Below, one piece after another: positions 28,998 through 39,158 of a stretch of 64,000 nucleotides of DNA. The position numbers and the translations under genes were made by a program. The stretch comes from a bacterium (GTDB taxonomy: Bacteria > Patescibacteriota > Dojkabacteria > SC72 > WJKH01), in assembly GCA_029547225.1 (NCBI GenBank), contig JAKPPS010000056.1, positions 25,356 through 89,355 on the forward strand. The letters are read 5' to 3'. The notes under the pieces were generated by a model. That model saw only the letters and a program-made list of their open reading frames with translations. It was not told the origin of the DNA and did no database searches. Position 1 is the first letter of the stretch. The number at the start of each line of letters is the position of its first letter.

Positions 28998-29480
28998 ATG
29001 ATAAAGTTCAAATTAAAAAGAGTAGGTAAAAAAGGGCAAGCATTTTATCGAGTGGTTGTCATCGAATCTACTAAAAAAAGATCAAGTAATTACATAGAAG
29101 ATCTTGGCTGGTACAATCCGCATCTTGAGGCCGGTAAGTCATTTAATATTGATATCGAAAAGGCAAGAGAGTGGATCAAAAACGGTGCACAACCGACAGA
29201 AACAATAGCACAGTTTTTCGTAAAACTTGGTTTGATCGATAAATTACATCGTGGTTCTAGATTAGCTAAAGCTCCTGTTAAAGAAGCTCCAGCTACCGAA
29301 AAACCTGCAGAAAAAGCAACTGAAACAGAAGCACCAGATCAAGTTGATAAATCAAATGAATCAACAAATACTGAAGCTGAAGCTACAGAAGCAGCTGCTG
29401 AAACTCCAAAGGCTGAAGAGCAGACAGAGGATCAAGCAAATACTCAACCTACTGACCAAACATCAGAGGAGCCTAAATAA
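28998..29480 (+). CDS. rpsP: 30S ribosomal protein S16 with long acidic tail
   Basis: LKRVGKK...YRVVV, IEDLGWYNP and GAQPTETI motifs. Confidence 0.95.
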   Translation: MIKFKLKRVGKKGQAFYRVVVIESTKKRSSNYIEDLGWYNPHLEAGKSFNIDIEKAREWIKNGAQPTETIAQFFVKLGLIDKLHRGSRLAKAPVKEAPATEKPAEKATETEAPDQVDKSNESTNTEAEATEAAAETPKAEEQTEDQANTQPTDQTSEEPK

Positions 29481-29497
29481 TTTATTTATTTCTACAT

Positions 29498-29857
29498 ATG
29501 AAAGAACTAGTTGAATATATAGTCAAGTCAATAGTCAATAATCCTGATGAAGTTGAAGTTTCTCAGAGAGAGAGTGTTGATTTTCCAGGTTTACATATTG
29601 TAACAATCAAGGTTTCTGATAAAGATCTTGGAGCTTTAATTGGTAAAAAAGGTAGAACAATTCACTCAATTAGAGATATTGTAACAATTGCAGCTATCAG
29701 AGCAAATAAGCGAGTTAGAGTAGTTGTACATGAAGAGGGTCGTACAGATGATGAGGGTGGTCATAATCACAATCATCAAGAGCATAATGAAAATACTCAG
29801 CCACAAACAACTGAAGTTATGTCAGATGAGAGTGTTGAGGAGACATTAGATTTGTAA
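29498..29857 (+). CDS. khpA: KH-domain RNA-binding protein KhpA
   Basis: MKELVEYIVKSIV.NPD and DLG.LIGKKGRTI motifs; directly follows rpsP. Confidence 0.9.
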   Translation: MKELVEYIVKSIVNNPDEVEVSQRESVDFPGLHIVTIKVSDKDLGALIGKKGRTIHSIRDIVTIAAIRANKRVRVVVHEEGRTDDEGGHNHNHQEHNENTQPQTTEVMSDESVEETLDL

Positions 29858-29879
29858 TCTCTTTTACTATTTGATTATT

Positions 29880-29906
29880 AAGGGATCCGCAAGGGTCCCT
29901 TTTTTT
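29880..29906 (+). terminator. Intrinsic terminator after khpA
   Basis: AAGGGATCC-GCAA-GGGTCCCTT hairpin running into a T-tract. Confidence 0.88.
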
Positions 29907-30052
29907 ACTGTATTCATTTTCAGGTTATTTACACGAAATCCATGTTTATGAAAATTTTTGAAAATATAGTTAATAGTTATTGAATTTTTACGCCTGAAAC
30001 TACTGACAATTACTGAAAGGTTGGATTGAAAAAAATGGATAATAGCAGATCG

Positions 30053-30730
30053 TTAATCTAGCAGTTTACTTCTATTTCTAAGCATTTCTACAAGATTATT
30101 AAAATTGGTGTACGGGACAAATGTTTGATAAGGGTCGACATTTGAGACACTCTCACTTAAATAATAACCGTTGATTGTAATATCAAAAGACCACCTCTTA
30201 CCCGATATATTTGAAAGATCAATTGAATTTACAGAGACAATGTATGGGGAAGATTTCTGTAGATCCTCAAGGAAAGATAAAACATCCGTATAATTACCCT
30301 CATAGCTTAAAGGACCACTGACTGTTGACATATCTAACGAGCTATCTTCAGAAGTTATATCAGAGTTTGAAGCCCGAATTTCATTAAGCTTAAGCCCTTT
30401 ATCTTTTGCAAGTTCGTCAACAAAATATACAAAATCAGCAACTTCAAGTCGGGTAGGGATAACTTGATCGATTATCTGATAGTCTTCATAAAGCTGGGTA
30501 CCATCCAATTCATCAATTTTTACTTGTAAAGTTTTCATTTGTTCCTGCTTACTTATGACATTTTTGGTATCATCATTGAGTTCGACTGTTTCCGTAATCA
30601 TAGGAATATATACAAAAATCGTTAATACAATAAATATGATAAAAGCAAGAAATGGTATTACAAAATCAGAGAAAATTAATTTCTTCTGCACTTTCTCACC
30701 ACTTTTTATTATTTCCCTTTGCTTTTGCAT
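30053..30730 (-). CDS. pilO: Type IV pilus assembly protein PilO
   Basis: Single N-terminal TM, coiled coil, GNY..V..FL.DL ferredoxin-like signature; third gene of pilMNO. Confidence 0.8.
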   Translation of the reverse strand: MQKQREIIKSGEKVQKKLIFSDFVIPFLAFIIFIVLTIFVYIPMITETVELNDDTKNVISKQEQMKTLQVKIDELDGTQLYEDYQIIDQVIPTRLEVADFVYFVDELAKDKGLKLNEIRASNSDITSEDSSLDMSTVSGPLSYEGNYTDVLSFLEDLQKSSPYIVSVNSIDLSNISGKRWSFDITINGYYLSESVSNVDPYQTFVPYTNFNNLVEMLRNRSKLLD

Positions 30731-30855
30731 TGTTCTATTATACTAAATAATATTTACTACTCATTTATCTGTTCGATCATTTGCATAAACAGATTTTCAA
30801 CATATCATTTACAAAAAAATAGTCAATCTTAACTCTTTCAATACCAATATTAATC

Positions 30856-32496
30856 TTAATTAGACGTTTCTCCGCTTGTTTTATTTTTAAAATAATCATA
30901 ATTAAGTTGACCTTCAAACTCGAAAGTAGTTTTATTAGCATATGATCCAACCGAATTAAGATTTACAATATTAACACGCGAATCCATACTGAGCAGATGC
31001 CACAATTTTGCAACATCCGTTAGTGAACTTGCCTCACCGCGAACAATAAAATGCAAATCAGGGTCCAACTCAATATTACTAATCTTACCCAATTTTGAGC
31101 TTACCTGATCCCAATACTCAAATACTTCACGATAAGAAACAGTATTTTGCTGGATAGAGTCAAAAAGTTTTATTCGTCGTAGTATGTAAGAGTTCTTTGT
31201 AAGTGTATCCTGATCTTGTAATACTTCTTTTTCAATCCTTGTTAATATTTTTTTCTGACCTTGGTTTTCTAACTTTGCTATAAAATTTGATCCGATGATC
31301 CCAATCGAGAGTAATACCAAAACCAAAATAAATACTGCGCCTGCAATGTTAAAACTGGCTTTTCGTTCATTTCGTGCAATTTCATCCGATGTAGCAGGTG
31401 GCAAAAGATTTATTCCTTCATTAATGTTTAATATTAATGGATTATCTTTTTTGTCAACCGATACTTGGCTTTTCTTCTTAGAAAATAAACCAAGCCCATT
31501 TTTCTTTTTTAAAGATTTATTCTTATTATTCTCGTTTACTTTTGTCTCATCGACTTTTATTTCATCTTGAACTTCGTCTTTCTTTAATTCTAGATTTACT
31601 TCGTCTTCAGGTTGATCTGCAATGTTAACACTGTTTTCTGTATTTGAATTCGAGATTTCTGACTCTTCAGTTAAAGCACTTACGACAACAGGATCTTTAA
31701 CAATTGCCTCAATCTCAGGCTTGATATCAATACTATCTTTTTTCTCGGTTAGCTCAACATTTTGTACTGGGGCTTCGGTTTCTGGAATTTTCTCAGGTAT
31801 GACATTCATAACTTCATCGGCTACAACACCTATCGTTTCAGTATTATCTGTTAACGCAATTTCTGATTTCTCCTCAGTTTTGACAGGATTTTCATTATTT
31901 TCTATTGCAAGTTTTTGGTCATCAGTCACTTTGATTTCTGGGTTATCCACGACAACATCTGATTTTGTTTCTTTCTTTTTAAAAAGCTTACTAAATATTG
32001 ATTGTCGTTTTGGTTTCACTTCCTTCATTTTTGTGTTTGCTTCGGGAGTAGCTTCAATGTTACTGCTTTCTTGAGTATCATTTTTTTCTAAGTCAGAAGC
32101 AATCTGGGTGACCTCAGTATTTGTTTCTGTCTGGCTTTTATCTGTAGTATCATCAGCAACTTCGTCAAAAGTTTCTCCACCTAATCCCTTTTTTTGTTCT
32201 TTATCACTAGTGTCCTCTATACCCATCTCCGATTGAGGTACATCTGCAACGGGTAAAGTTGCCTCACTGCCAGTATCGTCTGTATTTGGGGTACTAGGAG
32301 AGCTCACATTACCCACTGAAACGGATTGAGAGCCTTCCGAAATATTCACTGGTGCTTTTTCATCAGCTTTCGAAGTATCCGGACTTATTGGAGTCTCCGT
32401 TTGGCCATCATTTAGCACCGTTTTTAGCGCCTGATCAAGCTTAGCCTTATCTTTATCATCTATCTTTTTTTTACTAAAAATACTTAGGATTCCCAT
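30856..32496 (-). CDS. pilN: PilN-like protein with ~360-aa acidic N-terminal extension
   Basis: PilM-binding INLLP motif (31399-31413) before the TM helix, coiled coil, VRGEA.SL.DVA; located between pilM and pilO. Confidence 0.75.
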   Translation of the reverse strand: MGILSIFSKKKIDDKDKAKLDQALKTVLNDGQTETPISPDTSKADEKAPVNISEGSQSVSVGNVSSPSTPNTDDTGSEATLPVADVPQSEMGIEDTSDKEQKKGLGGETFDEVADDTTDKSQTETNTEVTQIASDLEKNDTQESSNIEATPEANTKMKEVKPKRQSIFSKLFKKKETKSDVVVDNPEIKVTDDQKLAIENNENPVKTEEKSEIALTDNTETIGVVADEVMNVIPEKIPETEAPVQNVELTEKKDSIDIKPEIEAIVKDPVVVSALTEESEISNSNTENSVNIADQPEDEVNLELKKDEVQDEIKVDETKVNENNKNKSLKKKNGLGLFSKKKSQVSVDKKDNPLILNINEGINLLPPATSDEIARNERKASFNIAGAVFILVLVLLSIGIIGSNFIAKLENQGQKKILTRIEKEVLQDQDTLTKNSYILRRIKLFDSIQQNTVSYREVFEYWDQVSSKLGKISNIELDPDLHFIVRGEASSLTDVAKLWHLLSMDSRVNIVNLNSVGSYANKTTFEFEGQLNYDYFKNKTSGETSN

Positions 32497-32520
32497 TAAA
32501 ATAGTTTTTATCTTATCATT

Positions 32521-33552
32521 TTATTCAGTTTTCAGAGCCAAACCGACAGCTACCGAGAACGAAGGTTTACTCTTAGCTAGAGCACTTTCATATTTGGCAT
32601 CCACTTTGATATTTGTCCAAGGATCTCCTACTTTAGAATTAATATTTAATTGATCTGTCATGTATTTTTCGAGTCCTGGCAACATTGCACCATCACCGTT
32701 AAGCAGACATTCCTGTGGGACGGGTAGGAGAGTACGAGATTTGTAGAATTCCATACCTCTTTGGATCTCAACTAAAATCGAATCCATAACAGGTTTTAGC
32801 GCTTGAGCAACTTTACCTTCCAAAACATCTTCAGCAAGACCATAATTTCTCTTATACTCTTCAGCTTGATTATATTCAAAGCCAAACTTATTAACTATCG
32901 CTTGAGTTAATGCGTCTGAACCGATAGAAATACTCTGAGCAAAAACAAGAAATCCGTTATTCATAATGCTCATATCTGTACTCTGAGCTCCAAAATCAAG
33001 CATAAGTATTTCTTTTATACCAGTCGAACGATACATGGCTCGACCCATTGCAATAGATTCGGTTTCAATAGCTACAGGTTCAAGACCAGCCTTATCAACA
33101 ACACTTGTATAAATATCGATTATTTTTCGTGGTGCTGCGACTATTAAAACTTTATATACAGATCGTTTATCATCATACCCAATTGGTAGATAACTCATCT
33201 GAACCTCTTCAATCGGTAAAGGAATGAGCCTTTTTGCCTCATAAAACACAGCATTTTTAATCTCATCTTCTTTGATTCCACTATATTCCGTAAATCGTGT
33301 AAATACACTAAATTCAGGTAATGCCATAACTACACGTTTCTCTTTGATTTTTGCGGAATCAAAAAGCGCCTTAAGAGAATCTGTAAGTTTTTGTTGATGT
33401 GACGCATCTTCACTATTGATGACTCCCTGAGGAGTAACTTGGCTACCAAAATTTACTAAAGTTGGCTTATTTGAAGAAATATCCTCTAGCTGAACTGCTT
33501 TTACAGAATGACTTCCGAAATCTAAGCCTACATGATCGGGCAATTGTGACAT
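32521..33552 (-). CDS. pilM: Type IV pilus assembly protein PilM
   Basis: GLDFGSHSVKAV, LDFGAQST, AEEYKRNYGL and VAVGLALK motifs. Confidence 0.93.
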   Translation of the reverse strand: MSQLPDHVGLDFGSHSVKAVQLEDISSNKPTLVNFGSQVTPQGVINSEDASHQQKLTDSLKALFDSAKIKEKRVVMALPEFSVFTRFTEYSGIKEDEIKNAVFYEAKRLIPLPIEEVQMSYLPIGYDDKRSVYKVLIVAAPRKIIDIYTSVVDKAGLEPVAIETESIAMGRAMYRSTGIKEILMLDFGAQSTDMSIMNNGFLVFAQSISIGSDALTQAIVNKFGFEYNQAEEYKRNYGLAEDVLEGKVAQALKPVMDSILVEIQRGMEFYKSRTLLPVPQECLLNGDGAMLPGLEKYMTDQLNINSKVGDPWTNIKVDAKYESALAKSKPSFSVAVGLALKTE

Positions 33553-33830
33553 TTTTGGACAGTAATAAAAAATTAAAATAGTCTACTATGACAGAAACCC
33601 TTTACTGATAAGGTCGCGTCTATCATTAGTGAATCTATATAAAAGAACAAACTATTTCCCTTTGCTTAGTATAATCCATTTAACAAACTTAATAAAGAAC
33701 CTAGAGTATTTTTCATTTTTTTTACTCAAAGGTTAAATTATTAATAATAACGGCGTCAATAATTCTGGATTTTGAATTATTGATAGAAGACAAAAGAATG
33801 AAAATAGTTTGGCTACGTTTCAATACATGA

Positions 33831-36800
33831 TTAATAAGGTTTATACCCAAGTTCTTTTACATATGCATCAGAATCAACACCAAAGAATTTACTAGAAATA
33901 TAAAGATATCTTGGATCATAAATAACAACAAATGATGGATAGCTATTATTATCAAGCAGCTGTAAGGATCTTTGCCACAACAAGCCATTAGAATCTCCGC
34001 CCAAAGAATAAACCGCACCTTGGATTTTTATTCCGTCTACAGTTACCTGACCAATATCTGTACGTGGGAAGATTATATGTCCTCCAGCAATAAAGACTCC
34101 GTTTAAACTGTCAAAACTAGGTACACCACCTGAACTTTTATATGTTCCTTCTTCGATAGAAATATTTCCTCCAGCTAAGAATATGCAACCATTGATCTTT
34201 GGGGTATCTGTTTTGGTAATGTCAGGGTTAATTGTGATATTACCATTTGTTTTGATCAGCGCTTGACGATTACAATTTATTGCATTCACATCTAAATTTC
34301 CACTCGCGTTTATTACACATGCATTCGATTCGCTTAAACAGATATTTGAGACATCCCCACTAATCGATCCCACACTTAAGTTATATGAGTCAATAGTCCC
34401 ACTTGCGATTTCTTTATTTACTTGAGAGAGTAGTTGTTGATAATTAATAGACGTATTCGAATACGATACAAGTGTATACGGATCATATTTATTACCTCGA
34501 ACAACATTTTGAACAATAGTTGAGCCGTTTATTAAGCCTAATTCAGTAGTTATTTGTGTATTTGAACTGTTTGAACCATATGGATCAGCAAAATAAGTTA
34601 TAGCAGGATCTGGTACTTTAATAGGGCTTTCAACATCTCCAGCAGAGTAGAGTAACCCACCTTTTGTAGCGAACCAACTTTCTCCAATTGCAAGATTATT
34701 ACTATTATCAGTAAAAGAACCCATGTTACAGGCATTGTCAGTAGCTTTGATTTTGACTCCAAGATTTCCTTCGTTAATAACTCCTATGTTTAACTGCTGA
34801 GTACCAGAATTAACAGCTCCCTTTGCCCATATTGGAACAGGGTTAAAATCTTCACTTCCAGTCGAAGCATTAATATACGGAACAGTCACTGAAACATGAG
34901 GTTCAGCTGAAACTTCGGTAACAGTATGCTCATTTGGTTCATATGAGCTTCCAAACAAACCTACCAAACCAATAGATGACTTAACTCCAGAATTTGTATC
35001 AGTTAGGCTCCACTGGTACGATACAGTATTTTTATCTACAATCGTTGGGCCTGTTATAGTCGATGTTGGAGCAGTAAAATCAATTCGATAATCACCCTTA
35101 TCGTTCCATGTTGTTTGTCCAGGACCTGATGCAGTATCCCTTGCAAAACCAAGTAAATTTGTTACACCCTCCGGCATATTTGCGCCAAAACCAACAGTAA
35201 AAACATAAGTACATGTGTTACCTGAACAATCTGTACTAGCTAATTTCCAGCGGTTTTGCGAGCTATCTTGGCTTTCACTCGGATTCCATATTTCTGAGCT
35301 ATTATATTGATCATTATTTGAAGATGCTGACGAGAGTGCTGACATGATCATACCGGTACTTCCTGCACTCATACCAGTATTAGAAGGTAACTCCCAGTCA
35401 TAATTCCACGTATCATTACTAAAATCGTTAAGATATGTTAACCCATATAAAGCCATACTATTATTTCCGACAGCATTAGCTGAAGGAAGAGCTGTCGTAG
35501 TTGAACCCGTTGCAGTAAGGTTACGATTTATTGTAAACATTTGCCCATTAACTTTTATTGAATCTATATAAAGATTTCGATCCCCAGAAGGCACTGTAGA
35601 TACATAATAATCATTAGGAAAACGTATAGTTATTTGATTGGGCCGTAAAGCTGTATTATGAGTATATTGATATACACCTCCACCAGAAGTGATACCAGTA
35701 GAATTAGCAGCCCCAGTATTAACAGATTTTATAGTTTTCACGAGGTTACCATCTATCAGTATCTCCATATTAGCAAGCTGAGAAGCAGTACCCGAATTAA
35801 GGGTTGCTGCATAAATTTTGATTTCCGTTCCCTTGTGAGCTAGAGCATGTACCGATGTTTTAAGATCACTCCCCAAGGATGTAGTGTCATCGATCCACAG
35901 CCCTGCCCACAAAATATCACTAGGCCCATCATTATCCGTAACTGTAACAGTAAAATCTCTCGGATTATTATCATTACTTGCACCGCAATCTGTTCCATTA
36001 TCATAATTGGGTAACGAGCCAGAAAGACCACTATTAGGTGAGACTGTAACAGTTGGCTTACTGTTGATTTTAAAATATCCAATCAACTGATTTGAGCACA
36101 TGCCATCTGTACAGATAAACGAATCAGTACATTGGCGTAGTGGGGCATACTGTGTAGTCACTGTATATGATCGTCCTTCAGTTTTATTTATACTTGACCA
36201 GTTTGGAGAATAATACCTTAACCGAGTCCCCTCAGATGCTTCACTATCCAAACCCGCAACAGCAGTTAAACTTGTGCCTACTCCTGTGACGGCATAAGAA
36301 GCTAATAAACCACGAGAGTTTGTAGGAAATTGAGAGCTATTTGCGACATCAACCATGAAATATAGATTAGTTGCTAATTCTTCTGCATTTATTAGTGTCG
36401 GTTTTGAGGGATCGGTCGACAATTTTATACAAGCTTCTTGATTTGGACTACATATCGAAACATATTCTGGTGTTGGCGCTTTTGTGACTGTAGGATTTAC
36501 ATAACAAGCAGCTCCTGATGTTGTACAGGGACCACAATCGTTCTGTCCACTGCAAGATGACGAAACTGGGCTGCATCCTGCCCAACCACTCTGATATCCC
36601 AAGGGTTGAGTGAAGCTATATCCCGCACTACATGTTGGAGTACATGCTTCACACCCATTAGAATATGTTCCAGAACAACATGGTGTTGTATTGTCACATG
36701 GAGGACATAATACATCTACTTTGTCACCTGGAGCCCAACAGTAGTCACTTCCATTATCCTTACTCGTGCCACATCTATTTGGAACAGGAGATGAAAGAGT

Positions 36801-37436
36801 ACAATCTAATTTCTCACAACCTCCTGTTCCCTCATTTCTTCCAAGAAGACAATAATTACTTTCACCACAATCACCGACACAGGCACAGCTATATTCTGTA
36901 CGTGTCTTTACCCAACTACATCCTTTGTTAGAAGCTCTTTGACATTGATCCTTTTCTTTAATGTTTTTACAAACTGTTCCTGCTTTACAAAATGGAGCTT
37001 TCCAAGTACAGCCATCTGTTTTTTTACATTCTGGTTCCGTTGTTGCTCCAATACATGAATCGCCACAATAACCTTTTTCAATTACATTCCATTTACAAGC
37101 TTCATAATTTTCACAATCATTCTTATTTGTAAAATTTTTACACTTTGGACCAAAAATATTAATATCTTCTGACCTATACCAACAATTACCATCTTCACAC
37201 CCTGCATTAACATCCATAACAAACAAATCAGATATGATATTTCTAGAAGAATTGCTAGCTATATCAGTAGATAAGAACTTTATATCCGAAGAAGTAAAAT
37301 CAATAGAATTTGCGGGTTTATTAAAATAGCTATTTAGAAATAAGGAATAGAAGACTGACAGTAGTACAACAATTGCAGTAAAAAGGGTAAAAAACAGTTT
37401 ATTTCCAATTGTAATTTTTAATTTTCGTTTATTCAT
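33831..37436 (-). CDS. Large Cys-rich pilus-associated surface protein (adhesin candidate) with a CBM60-like module
   Basis: N-terminal TM/signal, Cys-rich repeats, IRFPND...DRNLYIDSIKVNG, beta-rich C-terminus; lies inside the pilus locus. Confidence 0.65.
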   Translation of the reverse strand: MNKRKLKITIGNKLFFTLFTAIVVLLSVFYSLFLNSYFNKPANSIDFTSSDIKFLSTDIASNSSRNIISDLFVMDVNAGCEDGNCWYRSEDINIFGPKCKNFTNKNDCENYEACKWNVIEKGYCGDSCIGATTEPECKKTDGCTWKAPFCKAGTVCKNIKEKDQCQRASNKGCSWVKTRTEYSCACVGDCGESNYCLLGRNEGTGGCEKLDCTLSSPVPNRCGTSKDNGSDYCWAPGDKVDVLCPPCDNTTPCCSGTYSNGCEACTPTCSAGYSFTQPLGYQSGWAGCSPVSSSCSGQNDCGPCTTSGAACYVNPTVTKAPTPEYVSICSPNQEACIKLSTDPSKPTLINAEELATNLYFMVDVANSSQFPTNSRGLLASYAVTGVGTSLTAVAGLDSEASEGTRLRYYSPNWSSINKTEGRSYTVTTQYAPLRQCTDSFICTDGMCSNQLIGYFKINSKPTVTVSPNSGLSGSLPNYDNGTDCGASNDNNPRDFTVTVTDNDGPSDILWAGLWIDDTTSLGSDLKTSVHALAHKGTEIKIYAATLNSGTASQLANMEILIDGNLVKTIKSVNTGAANSTGITSGGGVYQYTHNTALRPNQITIRFPNDYYVSTVPSGDRNLYIDSIKVNGQMFTINRNLTATGSTTTALPSANAVGNNSMALYGLTYLNDFSNDTWNYDWELPSNTGMSAGSTGMIMSALSSASSNNDQYNSSEIWNPSESQDSSQNRWKLASTDCSGNTCTYVFTVGFGANMPEGVTNLLGFARDTASGPGQTTWNDKGDYRIDFTAPTSTITGPTIVDKNTVSYQWSLTDTNSGVKSSIGLVGLFGSSYEPNEHTVTEVSAEPHVSVTVPYINASTGSEDFNPVPIWAKGAVNSGTQQLNIGVINEGNLGVKIKATDNACNMGSFTDNSNNLAIGESWFATKGGLLYSAGDVESPIKVPDPAITYFADPYGSNSSNTQITTELGLINGSTIVQNVVRGNKYDPYTLVSYSNTSINYQQLLSQVNKEIASGTIDSYNLSVGSISGDVSNICLSESNACVINASGNLDVNAINCNRQALIKTNGNITINPDITKTDTPKINGCIFLAGGNISIEEGTYKSSGGVPSFDSLNGVFIAGGHIIFPRTDIGQVTVDGIKIQGAVYSLGGDSNGLLWQRSLQLLDNNSYPSFVVIYDPRYLYISSKFFGVDSDAYVKELGYKPY

Positions 37437-37477
37437 AATACTCTATAGATCTTTATAAAACTAAGACTTCTACACAA

Positions 37478-39082
37478 TCAATCAATAATATAAAATAATG
37501 AACTTTGAGTAAGTTTTATTAGATATTGTGACTCATCCTTTTCGTAGTACAAATACTCATCTGGTTCAATAAGCCATAAAGTGTTTGATTCGATACTTCC
37601 ATCATCTGCATAAGAATTGTTATTTCGGTTTAATTCTGTAGTAAAAGCATACCATAATATTTCCGAGATTTCATTTTCTTCAAAAAGAATATTGCAATTC
37701 TTTACTGATTCTTCTTTTACATTAACTTCTTGCGGACTACTTGCATTGATTTCTCTATCGGACAAGTCAACTACTGCATTAAATATGCATTGATTCAAAC
37801 CCAAAGGAAAACCAAATTTATTCATCACTGATAAGGCTCTGCACAAATTGTTATCTTGTTTCGTGAAGCTCTCAGCTTCTTGCTGGTCATCTTGAGAAAT
37901 ATTTTTTGAGTCAGAGTACTCGAGGAGCTTGATAAATAAATCTTCTGAGGCTTTTCGTCCCCAATAAGATTCTCCATCTGACCACACATTACCCAAGTTA
38001 TTTACCGTATCCATCGGATCATTTAATAGATCCTGATTATCACACGTAGGATTACTTTTTTGCTTACAGATTGAAGACATTGAGGTAAAATAGTTTGTAA
38101 GAGTACTGCATTTCTCGCCACACTTCTCTGATTCGGACAAGCTCAAATCTAATAAAGTACATTCATATCTTCGATCATTACTTTTGTTAACAGTATAATT
38201 CTCGGCGCTAAAAACTGATGGGAGACCTTCCAATATTTCCAATGCTTTGCTGACATAATCACTTTTTTCTTCTAATTCTGAATTTGTATTAACATATTTA
38301 ATTAGAAATAATGAGTTTAGAAAGATAGTATACGGATCTTCTGACTCGGCATAATCTTTCAAAACAATATTATTGTTTTCACCATTTAATAAGAATAAAT
38401 CGTTCTTTGGGAGAGTCAAAGTCAGGCTATCATATTTCAAAATATTTTTATCGATTTGATACAAAGAATGAAGAAATCCGACATATCGATCAGCTGGCAT
38501 TTCCCCTTTAGCAATCTCAGATTCTTTAGTTTTATCGATATTATTTAAACTAATTTGGTAGTTTTCTGCTTCAAGGAAATAATCCTTGTTAAAAAACACT
38601 TTTTTTATGTAATCAATAAATTTCGGTTTATTTAAAGTGTTTTCAGATTGTAACAACCGAGGTCCATACACAATAGAATCTGTATTATCAAGAGAAATAT
38701 TTATTTTCTCGATTGGTAATAGGACTACATCTTGAACAATAACTTCTGAATCCAACTTTTCTAATGATTTTGAATAGTATTCAACTTTAATATTTTCTCC
38801 AGAATATGTAGCTGATTTAACATAAATATTCTTCCCATAAGTAAGTCTACATAGCTCTTTTTCTGAACCATCATAAATGGCAGTCAACAAAGGTAGCCTG
38901 AATTCATCGTGTGAAAAAGAAGTGTTTATCAAAGTAGCTTTATCACAATAGTTCCAATTTTTATAGCTAGTAAAAGAAATAATAAGAAAAATCGCAATCA
39001 ATAGAAAGGGTATAAGTAAAAAAAATAGCCAAGAATTCTTCCAATTACTTTGAGATTTATTCGTGTTATCGTTCAGAGACAT
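37478..39082 (-). CDS. Hypothetical membrane-anchored protein in the pilus locus
   Basis: Single N-terminal TM, extracellular region with several Cys; track start 39097 is TTG, ATG 39082 preferred. Confidence 0.7.
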   Translation of the reverse strand: MSLNDNTNKSQSNWKNSWLFFLLIPFLLIAIFLIISFTSYKNWNYCDKATLINTSFSHDEFRLPLLTAIYDGSEKELCRLTYGKNIYVKSATYSGENIKVEYYSKSLEKLDSEVIVQDVVLLPIEKINISLDNTDSIVYGPRLLQSENTLNKPKFIDYIKKVFFNKDYFLEAENYQISLNNIDKTKESEIAKGEMPADRYVGFLHSLYQIDKNILKYDSLTLTLPKNDLFLLNGENNNIVLKDYAESEDPYTIFLNSLFLIKYVNTNSELEEKSDYVSKALEILEGLPSVFSAENYTVNKSNDRRYECTLLDLSLSESEKCGEKCSTLTNYFTSMSSICKQKSNPTCDNQDLLNDPMDTVNNLGNVWSDGESYWGRKASEDLFIKLLEYSDSKNISQDDQQEAESFTKQDNNLCRALSVMNKFGFPLGLNQCIFNAVVDLSDREINASSPQEVNVKEESVKNCNILFEENEISEILWYAFTTELNRNNNSYADDGSIESNTLWLIEPDEYLYYEKDESQYLIKLTQSSLFYIID

Positions 39083-39158
39083 AAGAGCAGTATTCAAATA
39101 TAAAAAACAGTATTACTGGACAAAACAAATTACTATCTTAAAAATCTTGTTATCAGAT

